A stretch of DNA of 63,610 nucleotides, filler included, from Octopus bimaculoides (lineage: Eukaryota), in assembly GCF_001194135.2 (NCBI RefSeq). It is 5 parts of 5 records of this genome, joined end to end, with 100 filler letters (N's around TTAATTAATTAA, not from the genome) between each part and the next. Parts side by side here need not be neighbours in the genome. Positions count along the whole stretch, not along the records: positions 29,092 to 58,981 come from NC_068990.1; positions 59,082 to 61,071 come from NW_026320269.1; positions 61,172 to 63,610 come from NC_068982.1; 2 more parts are not named here. One strand, 5' to 3'. This document shows, in pieces, positions 52,735-63,610 of this stretch (position 1 is the stretch's first letter; every line of letters begins with the position of its first letter). The notes below the pieces were generated by a model that saw nothing but the letters and a program-made list of their open reading frames with translations, was not told the DNA's origin and ran no database searches. Both the position numbers and the translations under genes were made by a program.

Positions 52735-52900
52735 CTCTTACTTGAGTCACTCATTGAATGGCAGTCATGATGGAGCAGCTTGGACGGTTTAGTGAAACAG
52801 ATCAGTAACATTGCTGATTGTTTGTAAACGTCTGGTACTCTTTTTATCAATACCTCAGCCGAACCGCTAGGTTATGCGGACATACACAAAGATCACTTAT
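52735..52900 (-). mobile_element. Degenerate composite SINE 3' part
   Basis: ctcttacttgagtca..tggcagtcatgatggagca..ctggtactc..gccgaaccgctaggtta. Confidence 0.65.
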
Positions 52901-53149
52901 CGATGAAGCGCTGGGATCAATTAGAAAAACGTGTCAACCAGCACATGTATTGTGTGATAGAAAGAAGACCGTTTACATAGACATATAAATACACGCATAT
53001 GTGAGTGTGTCGCTGTACTTAAATGTATGTGTGTGTGTGCGTGCAAGAATATCCCCCCTACACACACATACACACACATGCATATTTGTATAATATCGAC
53101 TTCTAAATGTATGTTGCCATGCACATGTATGTATGTATGTGTATATATT

Positions 53150-53224
<75 letters not shown>

Positions 53225-53457
53225 GGTAGATGAATAATTAGATAGAGATGCAATAACGTATATACCTTATTTTGGGCTGCACATGTAGTTTGCGCTCTCA
53301 AAAATTAAGAAAGTGACCTTATATATTCGTGTAATGCGCAGGGCAGTATATATAACCGATTATTAATGACAAAAAGGTTCGCATCGACACCGTAAAATAC
53401 GGTACTTACATTACACACATGCACTCGTATCTATGTGTTAGTGATGTATACGCATGA

Positions 53458-53509
<52 letters not shown>

Positions 53510-53622
53510 GTACATACATGCACACATGCAAACATACATATAGACATACATATACAAGCATACGCACATATATACACAGACATATACACCTAAATACCTA
53601 CCTACCTACCTACCTACGTGCA

Positions 53623-53653
<31 letters not shown>

Positions 53654-55440
53654 GTATATACAAGTGTATGTATATGTGTGTGTATACATATACATATGTA
53701 TACACACATACACAGATACACATTGCGCACATACATATGAACATATATATATTTATGTACATGTAGGTATCTATCTTTACATACATACTGACAGACACAC
53801 ACACATGCATACATATATGAGTGTGTGTGTATGTCTGTCCTAAGTATGTATATATATATATATACACACATATACTTACCTACCTACCTACCTACATACA
53901 TACATACATACATACATACATACATACATACACACATACATGTATTTGTGTGTTTAAATATATAAAATTTTAACCCTGAATTTAGTTTTTTCCTTGCAGA
54001 ATCAATAAATATTTTTACGGTATTGTAAAAACCGAGTACCGTGTTCTTTTATTTGTACTCTTGTGGTATACAATAACTATTTTTATTATGCACTTTACAA
54101 CTCCTTTATTTTTCAACTTCCCCGGTCAGACTTCACCGTTATGTACAGCTAAATTTTCATACTTATTGATAGAAAATCAATATGATATTCAATATAAAAA
54201 TTATTTGGTGTCACAGACAACGAATTGTCAATGTTTGATAACACAAAATATATTGTTATATATAGTAACTATATGTTTTTAATACGATATGTTGTTTTCG
54301 TTGTTATTTTTATTATTGTCGTAGTTGTTATCACTCTATAAGTGAAGCTTGATGAGAGGCTATCCAACCATGGCTAATCCGCCTGAAAAAAGAAGCAAAA
54401 TAGATTTAGTTATATAGTTGGGTAATATGTACTGCGTGGCCTCGTTACCTTAGACGGTGAGCTGAGAGTTGATGGTAACTTGGTTGCTATTTTTAACAGA
54501 TCGAGCGATCGCGTACAGGCGCCATATTAGAGCCATGTGTTGTAACCTGGAAACAAGTAATTAGACGATAGTTGTTATTGATGTTGTGGTTCGCATCAGA
54601 TCTAGTTCAGCTGGTCTATGTTCGAAGGCATTACTGACTCGTACAACTTTCATTTTCTTTTTAGGCACAAAATTCATCTAGTTTGAAACACATTATCGGG
54701 AGGTCTCAGTATTAGCGAGAATCTGCTGCTATTTCTAGTATTTGGAGAAACCGCCTGGAGGCACCACTATCGGATCGTATTTAGGTATTGATGCAACAAG
54801 TGTGAAATGATAGTGTGCGAATGATTAGGGTGGACGTCTCTGCACTCAATATAACAGGCATGTCACGGAGATGAGGGAAGTGAAAGATGACGCCGACAAT
54901 AATGGTTGTGATGAGAATGATGGTGATGAAGGTGATGACGATGACGACGACAACAATAATGATGATGGTGATGATGACAATAAGCTGCTGATGTCGCTGC
55001 TGAAGTTGATGTTTTGTGTTAATGCTGGTCTTGAGTTTTTTCATTATGTTCAAGACAATGATGAAATAATATTGTAATAATATTGTATGTTTGTATATTA
55101 ATACACACACACACACACACACACACGCACGCACACATGTACACACACNNNNNNNNNNNNNNNNNNNNNNNNNNNNNNNNNNNNNNNNNNNNNNNNNNNN
55201 NNNNNNNNNNNNNNNNNNNNNNNNNNNNNNNNNNNNNNNNNNNNNNNNNNNNNNNNNNNNNNNNNNNNNNNNNNNNNNNNNNNNNNNNNNNATACATATT
55301 CCATACCAGTGCAGTTTGGATCGTTCATGTAGGTAACTTTCGTCGTTGGAGGCGATGAAGGTGTTGGATTTTAAGATCTTACCTATCTGAGCACTACACT
55401 GTGAATATCTATACCACGCATACATCACGTTCTCTATCTT

Positions 55441-55484
<44 letters not shown>

Positions 55485-55519
55485 GCGCATGCACGCACGC
55501 ACACACATCTTTTATCTGT

Positions 55520-55945
55520 TATCTTTTGATTATTTCAGTCGTTTAACTCCGGCCATGAAGAGTTTTTTAGCCGAATGAATCGACCCCAGTACGTATTTTT
55601 TTTTTTACAGCCTGGTACTTATTCTACTGGTCGCTTTTTCCGAACTGTTAGGTTACATGAACGTAAACGCACCAACACCCGTTATCATGCAGTGGTGAAG
55701 GACAAACACAGACACAAAGAAATACGCGCACATGCGTACACAGACACACACACACACAGACACACACAAACACACACACACACATATACATACATACGAC
55801 GGGCTTCTTTCACTTTCCGTCTACCAATTCCACTCAGAAGGCTTTGGTTACTGCAAGGCTATAGTAGAAGACACTTGCCAAAGTTGCCACACAGTGAGAT
55901 GGAACCGAAAACCATTTGGTTGGGAAACAAACTTCTTACCACACA
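55520..55945 (-). mobile_element. Composite SINE, near full length, with internal (GT)n
   Basis: Head 55945-55880; gctatagtagaagacacttgcc; gacgggcttctttca; CA run 55740-55795; gcctggtacttattcta; tail tttgattatttcagtc. Confidence 0.85.
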
Positions 55946-56364
55946 CCAGCATCTGCTACTCCATTGGTATACAATCAATGATCTGTATGTATACACACAC
56001 ATAGACACACAGACACACAGACACACACAGACACACACACGCACGCACACATACACACACACACATACACACACACACACACTTATATATGCAGGTCTTA
56101 CATTATAATTAAGATAATTTATTATTAATTCATGAACCCTTTCTCGCAAAGCAATATTCTTGGTTAAGAAACACCACACTGCAGGCCCTTTCTCCTACGA
56201 ATTATCACACTGACCCCCTTTTTCTTCCGAATTAACTTGTACCTCATACCGCCGCTCACTCCAAACTCCTTCTTCTTTCAGATCTCAATCACAACCCACG
56301 TTTCAATGTCTACATGTGGATTGAATGTGCAACAAATTTTGAGAGACACTGTGCGAGAGAGAAT

Positions 56365-56525
56365 ATATACTCTTTTACTCTTTTACTTGTTTCAGTCATT
56401 TGACTGTGGCCATGCTGGAGCACCGCCTTTAGTTGAGCAAATCGACCCCAGGACTTATTCTTTGGAAGCCTAGTACTTATTCTATCGGTCTCTAAACACA
56501 CCAGCATCGGTTGTCAAGCAATGCT
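56365..56525 (-). mobile_element. Composite SINE 3' part
   Basis: tactcttttactcttttacttgtttcagtcatttgactgtggccatgctggagcaccgcc..gcctagtacttattctatcggtctc. Confidence 0.9.
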
Positions 56526-57399
56526 NNNNNNNNNNNNNNNNNNNNNNNNNNNNNNNNNNNNNNNNNNNNNNNNNNNNNNNNNNNNNNNNNNNNNNNNNNN
56601 NNNNNNNNNNNNNNNNNNNNNNNNNNNNNNNNNNNNNNNNNNNNNNNNNNNNNNNNNNNNNNNNNNNNNNNNNNNNNNNNNNNNNNNNNNNNNNNNNNNN
56701 NNNNNNNNNNNNNNNNNNNNNNNNNNNNNNNNNNNNNNNNNNNNNNNNNNNNNNNNNNNNNNNNNNNNGTTCGTGGGAAGAACCATTTCAACGATGCATA
56801 CTGCCTTAATTCTTCGAAACACCGGTGTTATAGTGGTGGCAGCTGATGAAGGAGATGTTTCTATGTGGCTTGCTTGTTTGTTGTACCTTGTTCATCATTT
56901 TGTCCATGTTCTTTTGCCACGTTATGTACCCAGTTATGTATCTATATGTACATGTAGATGAAGGTATGTACATACATGTACATATATATGAATATACTCA
57001 TTTATTGTTTATATATATATATATATATATGTTTGTATGTACGTGTGTGCGTGTGTGTGTCTGTGTGTATGCATGTGTGTATGCGCGCGTGTGTGTGCGT
57101 TTGTATATATGTATGTGTATGCATGTATGTATGCATGTACGCAGTTATGTATGTGAATATCGGCAATTCAATGCGTGTAATTGTGTGTGTATTGTATCTT
57201 TTAAATTATTTACATGCTTATGTATAATTTGAAGGAATTCACTTAGTTTGTAAAAGAGTCGCCTCTACGATTCATTTCTCTCTTCAAGATAGCGTGTTAG
57301 CGCCAGTAAAAATGTGCGTGTGTGTGTGTGTGCTTGGGAGTGCGCTCACACGTCAGTATTTGTATGTATTCATGATATGTATGTAAATGTATGCGTGTG

Positions 57400-57457
<58 letters not shown>

Positions 57458-57953
57458 TGTGTGTGTGTGTGTATGTACATGGACAGTCTACAGATCCAGT
57501 ATAAGCAAAACTAATTTAACGCAAATCAATTTATTTTCTTTATATCTTTCATTTCATAAATAAAACATATTCAGTGATATTATAGTTTACATACATAGTA
57601 CATGCACACATGCACACATACATGCACACATGCAAGCACAATACACACACGCACACATATATATGCACATACGCACACACAAACATATTCATATATGCAA
57701 ATATACATAAACGTGTGTATATAGATACATATACATTCATATGTGTGTGATCACGCTTTTGCATTAGGATGTTATTTATATATATTCATGTACCTACAAG
57801 AAGGACATTTTATGTAGCATCAAATTGCATTTGCATACATAAAATGTTCTATTTACCCTTTTATTAAGTTTAGCATTATAAAATAAATAAATATATCTCG
57901 TAATTGCGATATTCTTCATAAAAAAAACTAAATATATAAATAAATAAATAAAT

Positions 57954-58017
<64 letters not shown>

Positions 58018-58428
58018 TGTAAGTCAATATTGCATGCAGAATAAATTTGTTTAGCCGTTAACACAAGCAGATCCAGCGTTTCATAAGCACAGAATGTTAA
58101 ATAGCAGAGTTGACCGAGAAACATTATGAGAAAGCAAATGCAAGTAATATTACCCCTGGCTAAGACGTTAGTCTCTTTCAGGTAACTTTCTTATAATGTC
58201 TTGTCTGATTAGCACATTTATTTATTTATCTATTTTATTTATTTATTCATTCATTCATTTAATTTCATTCTGTTTCCAGCACTTATCAGTTGTAAACTGA
58301 GTGAATAAGGACATGCTGAGTATAATGTCCCATAGGGTATGATAAAACAAAGCAAAAAACAAAACACTAAACGTTATGTAATAGATATGAATTATGATAC
58401 GATGGAGTTTTCACTCAGAACATAAATG

Positions 58429-58724
58429 CAGATATACCTCAACTTACGAGATATGGGACTTAACTCGAAAAACGACGACATATATTTGTTTTAATAAATG
58501 TTATTTTTTAAAATAAATTTTCACATGTATTTTATTTGTTTTCTGCTTCAGTATTGTTTTTATAAGTGTTTCTTTTTTTAAAGTTTTATGTTTTAAAATA
58601 TGTTCATCAGCGAACATATAATTAAAAGCATGAAACGTGAAGTTGGATAAATCACCTGAAGTTAAAAAACAAAAAAAAAAAAAAAATTACGTAGCTCGAA
58701 ACGACACAAGTTGAGGTAAACCAG
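58429..58724. mobile_element. Tigger/pogo-like MITE
   Basis: Ends CAGATATACCTCAACTTACG and reverse complement CTGGTTTACCTCAACTTGTG share TACCTCAACTT; TA on the right. Confidence 0.6.
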
Positions 58725-58904
58725 TACTCATTTTAAATAGGCTAATTGATTCCTTGAGTATTCTTTCCGCTTTATTCTTATTCTCATAATCGTTTTGTAA
58801 AATGAACCTAATCTAATATATATATATAGGTTAGTGTGTGTGTGTTTGTGTGTGTAAGTGTCTGTGTGTATGTTTGTGTGTGTGAGTGTGTGTGTGTATG
58901 CAGA

Positions 58905-58981
58905 GGCGCCGGTGCAGGTGTGAGGTAAAAAGCTTGCTCCCTAACCAAACGGTTCCGGATTCAGTCCCACTGCGTGGCACG
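58905..58981 (+). mobile_element. tRNA/CORE-like SINE head, cut by a gap
   Basis: gtgtgaggtaaaaagcttgctccctaaccaaacggttccggattcagtcccactgcgtggcac. Confidence 0.85.
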
Positions 58982-59224
58982 NNNNNNNNNNNNNNNNNNN
59001 NNNNNNNNNNNNNNNNNNNNNNNNNTTAATTAATTAANNNNNNNNNNNNNNNNNNNNNNNNNNNNNNNNNNNNNNNNNNNNTCAAGAGAGGGTGAGAGAG
59101 AGGCAGCTAGAGAGATAGACAGACAGACAGACAGACAGAAAGTCAGATAGAAAATTATTTTGAGAGAACCTACATGTGGCATGTAATCTGTGGAGCGTCT
59201 TGTTGCTGATTGTTAGGTTTAATC

Positions 59225-59740
59225 ACGTGACGGCTTTCGGATCAAAGATTCTTCAGCAGAGGTTCTTTCTTTTTGCTTTTTATTTTATCTTATTGTGATC
59301 ATTGTTAGTTCTGGTCAAAGTCTCGGAAGCAGTTGATGTGCTTCCAGCCTTCAAGCTCATTTCGGTGGTTAAGGCTGGGTAATTTATTCCTAATGAAGTG
59401 TGTCATCGTGATTCTGGGGTTGACTGCGACCCTCCCCACTCACTTGGATCTGTTCCCCACTCTCCAGTACAAGGGTAGTCATATCCCCACCACATTGCTG
59501 ATGGTGTTGGAACACGGCATTGGGTGGTGTGGCCTTGTAGAGATACTCCTTCCCTCCTCTAACGTGCAGCTGTCTTTTGGGTGTTCCCATGTATATCTCC
59601 CTCCAAGATCATGTCATGTGGTACACCTCATGAGATGTAAAACAGCGCTGGACGCTCTCCGTTGGCTGCCTTGCAATCATTGGACAATGGTTCCAGCAGC
59701 ATATGTCCGGTGCGTTGTTGGTGAGTGAAAGAGAGTGTCT
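59225..59740 (-). mobile_element. Penelope-like 3' fragment: GIY-YIG endonuclease plus downstream hammerhead-like motif
   Basis: HEVYHMT*SWREIYMGTPKRQLHVRGGKEYL..AVFQHHQQCGG..FIRNKLPSLNHRNE; CTGAAGA..GAAA..GTC at 59256-59229. Confidence 0.7.
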
Positions 59741-59741
59741 A

Positions 59742-60170
59742 AGGGTGTGGCTTTGTCTCATGATTTTGAAGAGGAGACCAGATCTTTAGATCNNNNNNNN
59801 NNAGGGTGTGGCTTTGTCTCATGATTTTGAAGAGGAGACCAGATCTTTAGATCGGGATGTCAACCTCCGTGCAGTGAGCGAGAATGCCCTACAACCGTAT
59901 CACTTTTCTTGGCAAACCTATCGGGAACTCTTCTACTTGTCTTTTGGTGATCACCTCAACCCATCTACTTCTGGAGTCCAACAAGGTGGCTCACTTAGTC
60001 TTGCTCTATTCGTATTGGTTATTGGCAATGTTACTAAGATGATAGCCGACCGAGACTTAAGTATCTGGTACCTCGATGACGCTTGATTGGGAGGCCCTCC
60101 TGACGAGTTGCTTGCAACTGCGAGGACAATGATTGAGGAAACAGCCTCAAATGCAAACTCCAGCTCCTCA
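59742..60170 (+). mobile_element. CRE-clade non-LTR retrotransposon RT fragment
   Basis: DFEEETRSLDRDVNLRAV..LSFGDHLNPSTSGVQQGGSLSLALF..SIWYLDDA*LGGP, matching the CRE 'FG..I.S..GVQQGDPL..WYLDD..GG' motif. Confidence 0.8.
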
Positions 60171-60234
60171 AACATCCAGCTTCACACGAGCAGATTGTTA
60201 AACTATTTGTTGATTGCCCCTCGCTCTATCGTGA

Positions 60235-60337
60235 TTTATCCTTCGCCAGCCCGAGGCTATAGTAGAAGACACTTGCTCATGTTGTCACACAGTGGGACTG
60301 AATCCAGAACCTTGGGGAGCAAGCTCCTTACCATATA
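60235..60337 (-). mobile_element. tRNA/CORE-like SINE head
   Basis: cccgaggctatagtagaagacacttgctc..cacagtgggactgaatccagaacc..agcaagctccttaccat. Confidence 0.85.
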
Positions 60338-60367
60338 GTCACACATATATAAAACACACACATATAT

Positions 60368-60438
<71 letters not shown>

Positions 60439-60664
60439 GCGCGCAGACACAATATGTCAAACAGGAGTATTCAATAATTGTATATTTGTTTAGTTCATCA
60501 ATTTACATCTCTTATGGCCAAGTTGCACTCAATCATTTGGTAGAGAGTAAAGGAAACAATTGGGGGTGGCATAACAGTCTCAAGCTTTTGAAGGTGACAC
60601 CTCAGTACTGTCTAAATAGACTGTGACTAAAAGTTCGCAAAATATGAAACGAATTTGCACTTAC

Positions 60665-60895
60665 TTCTGTTTATTTCAGTGTAAATGTCACCTTTGAGGT
60701 AACGCAAGCCTGCATTGGTATGGTTATGAGTTGACATGTAGCAAACTTTCGAATGAAAGGTGTAGTCAAACGATTGACAGGTTGGTTCTGCTTCACATCC
60801 GTAGAAACACTGCATGTAATGAATGCCATACGTGACACCCAAATTATTCTTACCAGGAATGCAACCGTTGTAAACGAAATCCACAGGACATCTTC
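60665..60895 (-). CDS. Internal coding exon (231 nt, phase 1-1) encoding a PAN/Apple domain of a probably secreted or membrane protein; partial gene
   Basis: Acceptor ttttataccttcag|GA, donor GAA|gtaagt; 77 open codons: RCPVDFVYNGCIPGKNNLGVTYGIHYMQCFYGCEAEPTCQSFDYTFHSKVCYMSTHNHTNAGLRYLKGDIYTEINR with the PAN C-x3-C-x5-C-xSFxY-x6-C-xxS spacing. Confidence 0.88.
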
Positions 60896-61027
60896 CTGAA
60901 GGTATAAAACAGATAAATGAACGTTTTGGCTCGGTTTTCATAATTGTGGTGGGCTGCTTTTATGGTGAAGTGTTTTATTGATTTGGATCAATCAGAAATC
61001 GTAAATATATAAAATTATTGGGTAAAA

Positions 61028-61071
<44 letters not shown>

Positions 61072-61171
61072 NNNNNNNNNNNNNNNNNNNNNNNNNNNNN
61101 NNNNNNNNNNNNNNNTTAATTAATTAANNNNNNNNNNNNNNNNNNNNNNNNNNNNNNNNNNNNNNNNNNNN

Positions 61172-61219
<48 letters not shown>

Positions 61220-62297
61220 CCATCCAAGTTTACAGTTCAATCATAGGTGGGATCAATAAAAAAAAATGTATTCCATCCAGTGAGAGATAAATATCATTTA
61301 ATGTACACAAATACAAAATGGCTAACAATAGATTCATGCTTTAGACACATTTTTTGCCATGCTTTCTCATGCGTTCTGTTTTTGTATTTTTTTAAACACA
61401 TCTAACGCTATGATCTGAGCCTGAGAGATTGCTTGGAGATACATGGCATGTTCTATAAAATCTGCCACTTTAATGTGTCTTAAAACATCAAACTATGAAT
61501 AGTTCTTTTGTAATTGTGTATGTACGTCTGTATGTATGTTCTTCTCTTTCTCTAGAGTAAATTTTGACTGGCCATCTGCTTGGTAGTGCAGCAAGTTATA
61601 AAAGGTGGCAATATGACGTAATGGTCGTCTGCCCGAACAAACATAATTGGTGGTATCCATTGGTTAAAATTACTGTCCATATTTGAATTCTAAACTTTCG
61701 TCAAAGAGAATTTTTTCACCAAATACGGTTCTTAGAATTCAGATATGAGCAATTATAAAAACCCTGATCTTGGGGAAATTAATCAGTGTTCGTAGGATTG
61801 TTACTAAACTCCACGACACTCACTCATTGAGATATTGGTTATTTTTTTATGCCATGTCTATGATAAAAATCCAGCAAGACTTATTTGAATTGTTGTGAAC
61901 TCTAGTAGTTAGTATGAAGGATTAGCTAGTGTGAATTCTAAGTCGTAATTCTCTACGACAAAATGACTTTCCAATTGTACTATAAATGCTAAATGTACAT
62001 AAATAAACTAATGTAGTAATTATTTTCTCTTTCTTCACGTTCTACTACTTGTTAATGAAATTTATTTCTGCAATTATGAAACATATGAAAGTAGTGTTAC
62101 ACAAACAGTAACCAAACCGGCCATAAAAGTAGCAAGGTTGTGAAGGAAAGTATCTTGTTTTAACCGTCATCCTTTAAATCTTAAGAAAGTCTTGCAGACT
62201 TTTATAGTCTCAGATATCGTTATCATTTGTAGCATATGAATTAAGGAATTGCATTCTCCTTCCAAGATCCCAAGTTCAGCTTGTATGTATGTCTCTT

Positions 62298-62507
62298 CAT
62301 CATCATCATCGTTTAACGTCCGCTTTCCATGCTGGCATGGGTTGGACGGTTTGACTGAGGACTGGTGAGCCAGAGGCTGCACCAGGCTCCAATCTGATCT
62401 GGCTAAGTTTCGACAGCTGGATGCCCTTCCTAATGCCAACCACTCCGAGAGTGTAGTGGGTGCTTTTACGTGACACTGGCACGAGGGCCAGTCAGGCGGT
62501 TCTGGCA
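62298..62507 (-). mobile_element. High-copy SINE / LINE-tail repeat with (ATG)n tail
   Basis: catcatcatcgtttaacgtccgctttccatgctggcatgggttggacgg..ggatgcccttcctaatgccaaccac. Confidence 0.75.
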
Positions 62508-62799
62508 AAATAAAACTTAGTGATGGTTCTAATCGGCTCCGAATTAGAGGAGAGGGGTGTGTGTGTGTAGGGGGGGGTAATTTGAAGACATCAACAGCTT
62601 TCTAAATCAACAATCCATTGAAGAAAGAAAGCCTTTTTTTTTTTGGTGGGGGAGACAAAAGGACAGGTGTTTACTTGTGTTTCTACCGCAATGGGCATCA
62701 TCAGGATAGCGAAACTTAGACACATGATCAGAAAGAGTAGAGTAGAAAATATTTATGGCCTAGGGTAATTCGTATGAATAACTTGTATATAGCATATAT

Positions 62800-62858
62800 G
62801 CATCTATCTATCTATCTATCTATCTGTCTGTCTGTCTGTCTATATGTCTATCTATATG

Positions 62859-62949
<91 letters not shown>

Positions 62950-63040
62950 GTCTGTCTGTCTGTCTGTCTATCTATCGGTCTATCTGTTTGTCTGTCTGTC
63001 TATGTCTATCTATCTGTCTGTCTGTCTGTCTGTCCCTATG
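62800..63040. repeat. Compound (TCTA)n/(TCTG)n microsatellite
   Basis: Directly visible; one of dozens of (CA)n, (TA)n, (TATG)n, (TCTA)n and (TAA)n tracts in the window. Confidence 0.95.
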
Positions 63041-63610
63041 TCTGTTTTGTATTTATTAGTGAATTTGTGTGTGTGCGTATGTGTGTGTGTGTGCGTGTGT
63101 GTGTGTGTGTGCGTGTGTGTGTGTGTATGTATCCATAAATATACAATCATACAGACGTGTGTATCTGTGTTTGTGTGAAATACAGTTTGTATACTTCATA
63201 GACACACACACGTACACACTCACACACGCGTACACACACACTCACACAAGTTGCTACGTGCAAATGTTTTTCCTGCATAGAGACGTGGAAACGTGCAATG
63301 AAGTGTGTGAGTGCGCGTGACTAGAGAGAGAGAGCGAGAGAGAGAGAGAGCCAACATAGCTCGTGCAGAAACTGCATCTATGAAATAATAAATCCACCTT
63401 ATATGGTAAAGCTGACGTCAGATAATACTTAGTGACTGATATTTAATATTTAACTAAAACAACCACACACACACACACGCTTTCTCCCTCCCTCCCTCTC
63501 TCTCTCTCTCTCTCTCTCTTTCTTTCTCTCTTTCTATTTACTTTATGTCTATTAATACTATCGGTGCCACTTTGGTAATTGGTTAGATGCAACCACCGTA
63601 AACTCGTGAA

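Noticed and set aside
56810-56870. GAAAC...CTGATGA hammerhead-like boxes
   Set aside because: I could not form stem II or a downstream GAAA, so it is not counted as a ribozyme.
63413-63420. Perfect CRE palindrome TGACGTCA
   Set aside because: A single 8-mer is roughly expected by chance in a window of this size.

Overview
Eukaryotic, AT-rich, microsatellite-saturated intronic/intergenic DNA. The SINE repertoire and repeat load look like an Octopus genome (inference, possibly O. bimaculoides). Roughly 8 kb is N, and four gaps carry an artificial TTAATTAATTAA linker. Nearly all ORFs in the supplied track are translations of microsatellites or gaps. The only convincing host coding sequence is one 231-nt phase 1-1 exon on the minus strand (60665-60895) encoding a PAN/Apple module. 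The rest is a layered transposon record: three Penelope-like element fragments (RT, thumb, GIY-YIG, inverted pLTR, hammerhead-like motifs), CRE-, RTE- and R4-like LINE fragments, mariner/Tc1/hAT/Tigger remnants and MITEs, and several tRNA-derived SINE families. The best candidate for an undescribed system is at 28300-28560: a tRNA-headed SINE ending in a minimal hammerhead ribozyme and preceded by an inverted copy of its own ribozyme end. This is the same geometry as the Penelope element at 1321-3240, suggesting a Penelope-mobilised ribozyme SINE. Also notable are a Cys-rich reading frame interrupted by a TGA at a CxxC position (26332-26637) and a composite SINE that carries an internal (GT)n microsatellite. 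All family names come from motif recognition, not database searches.
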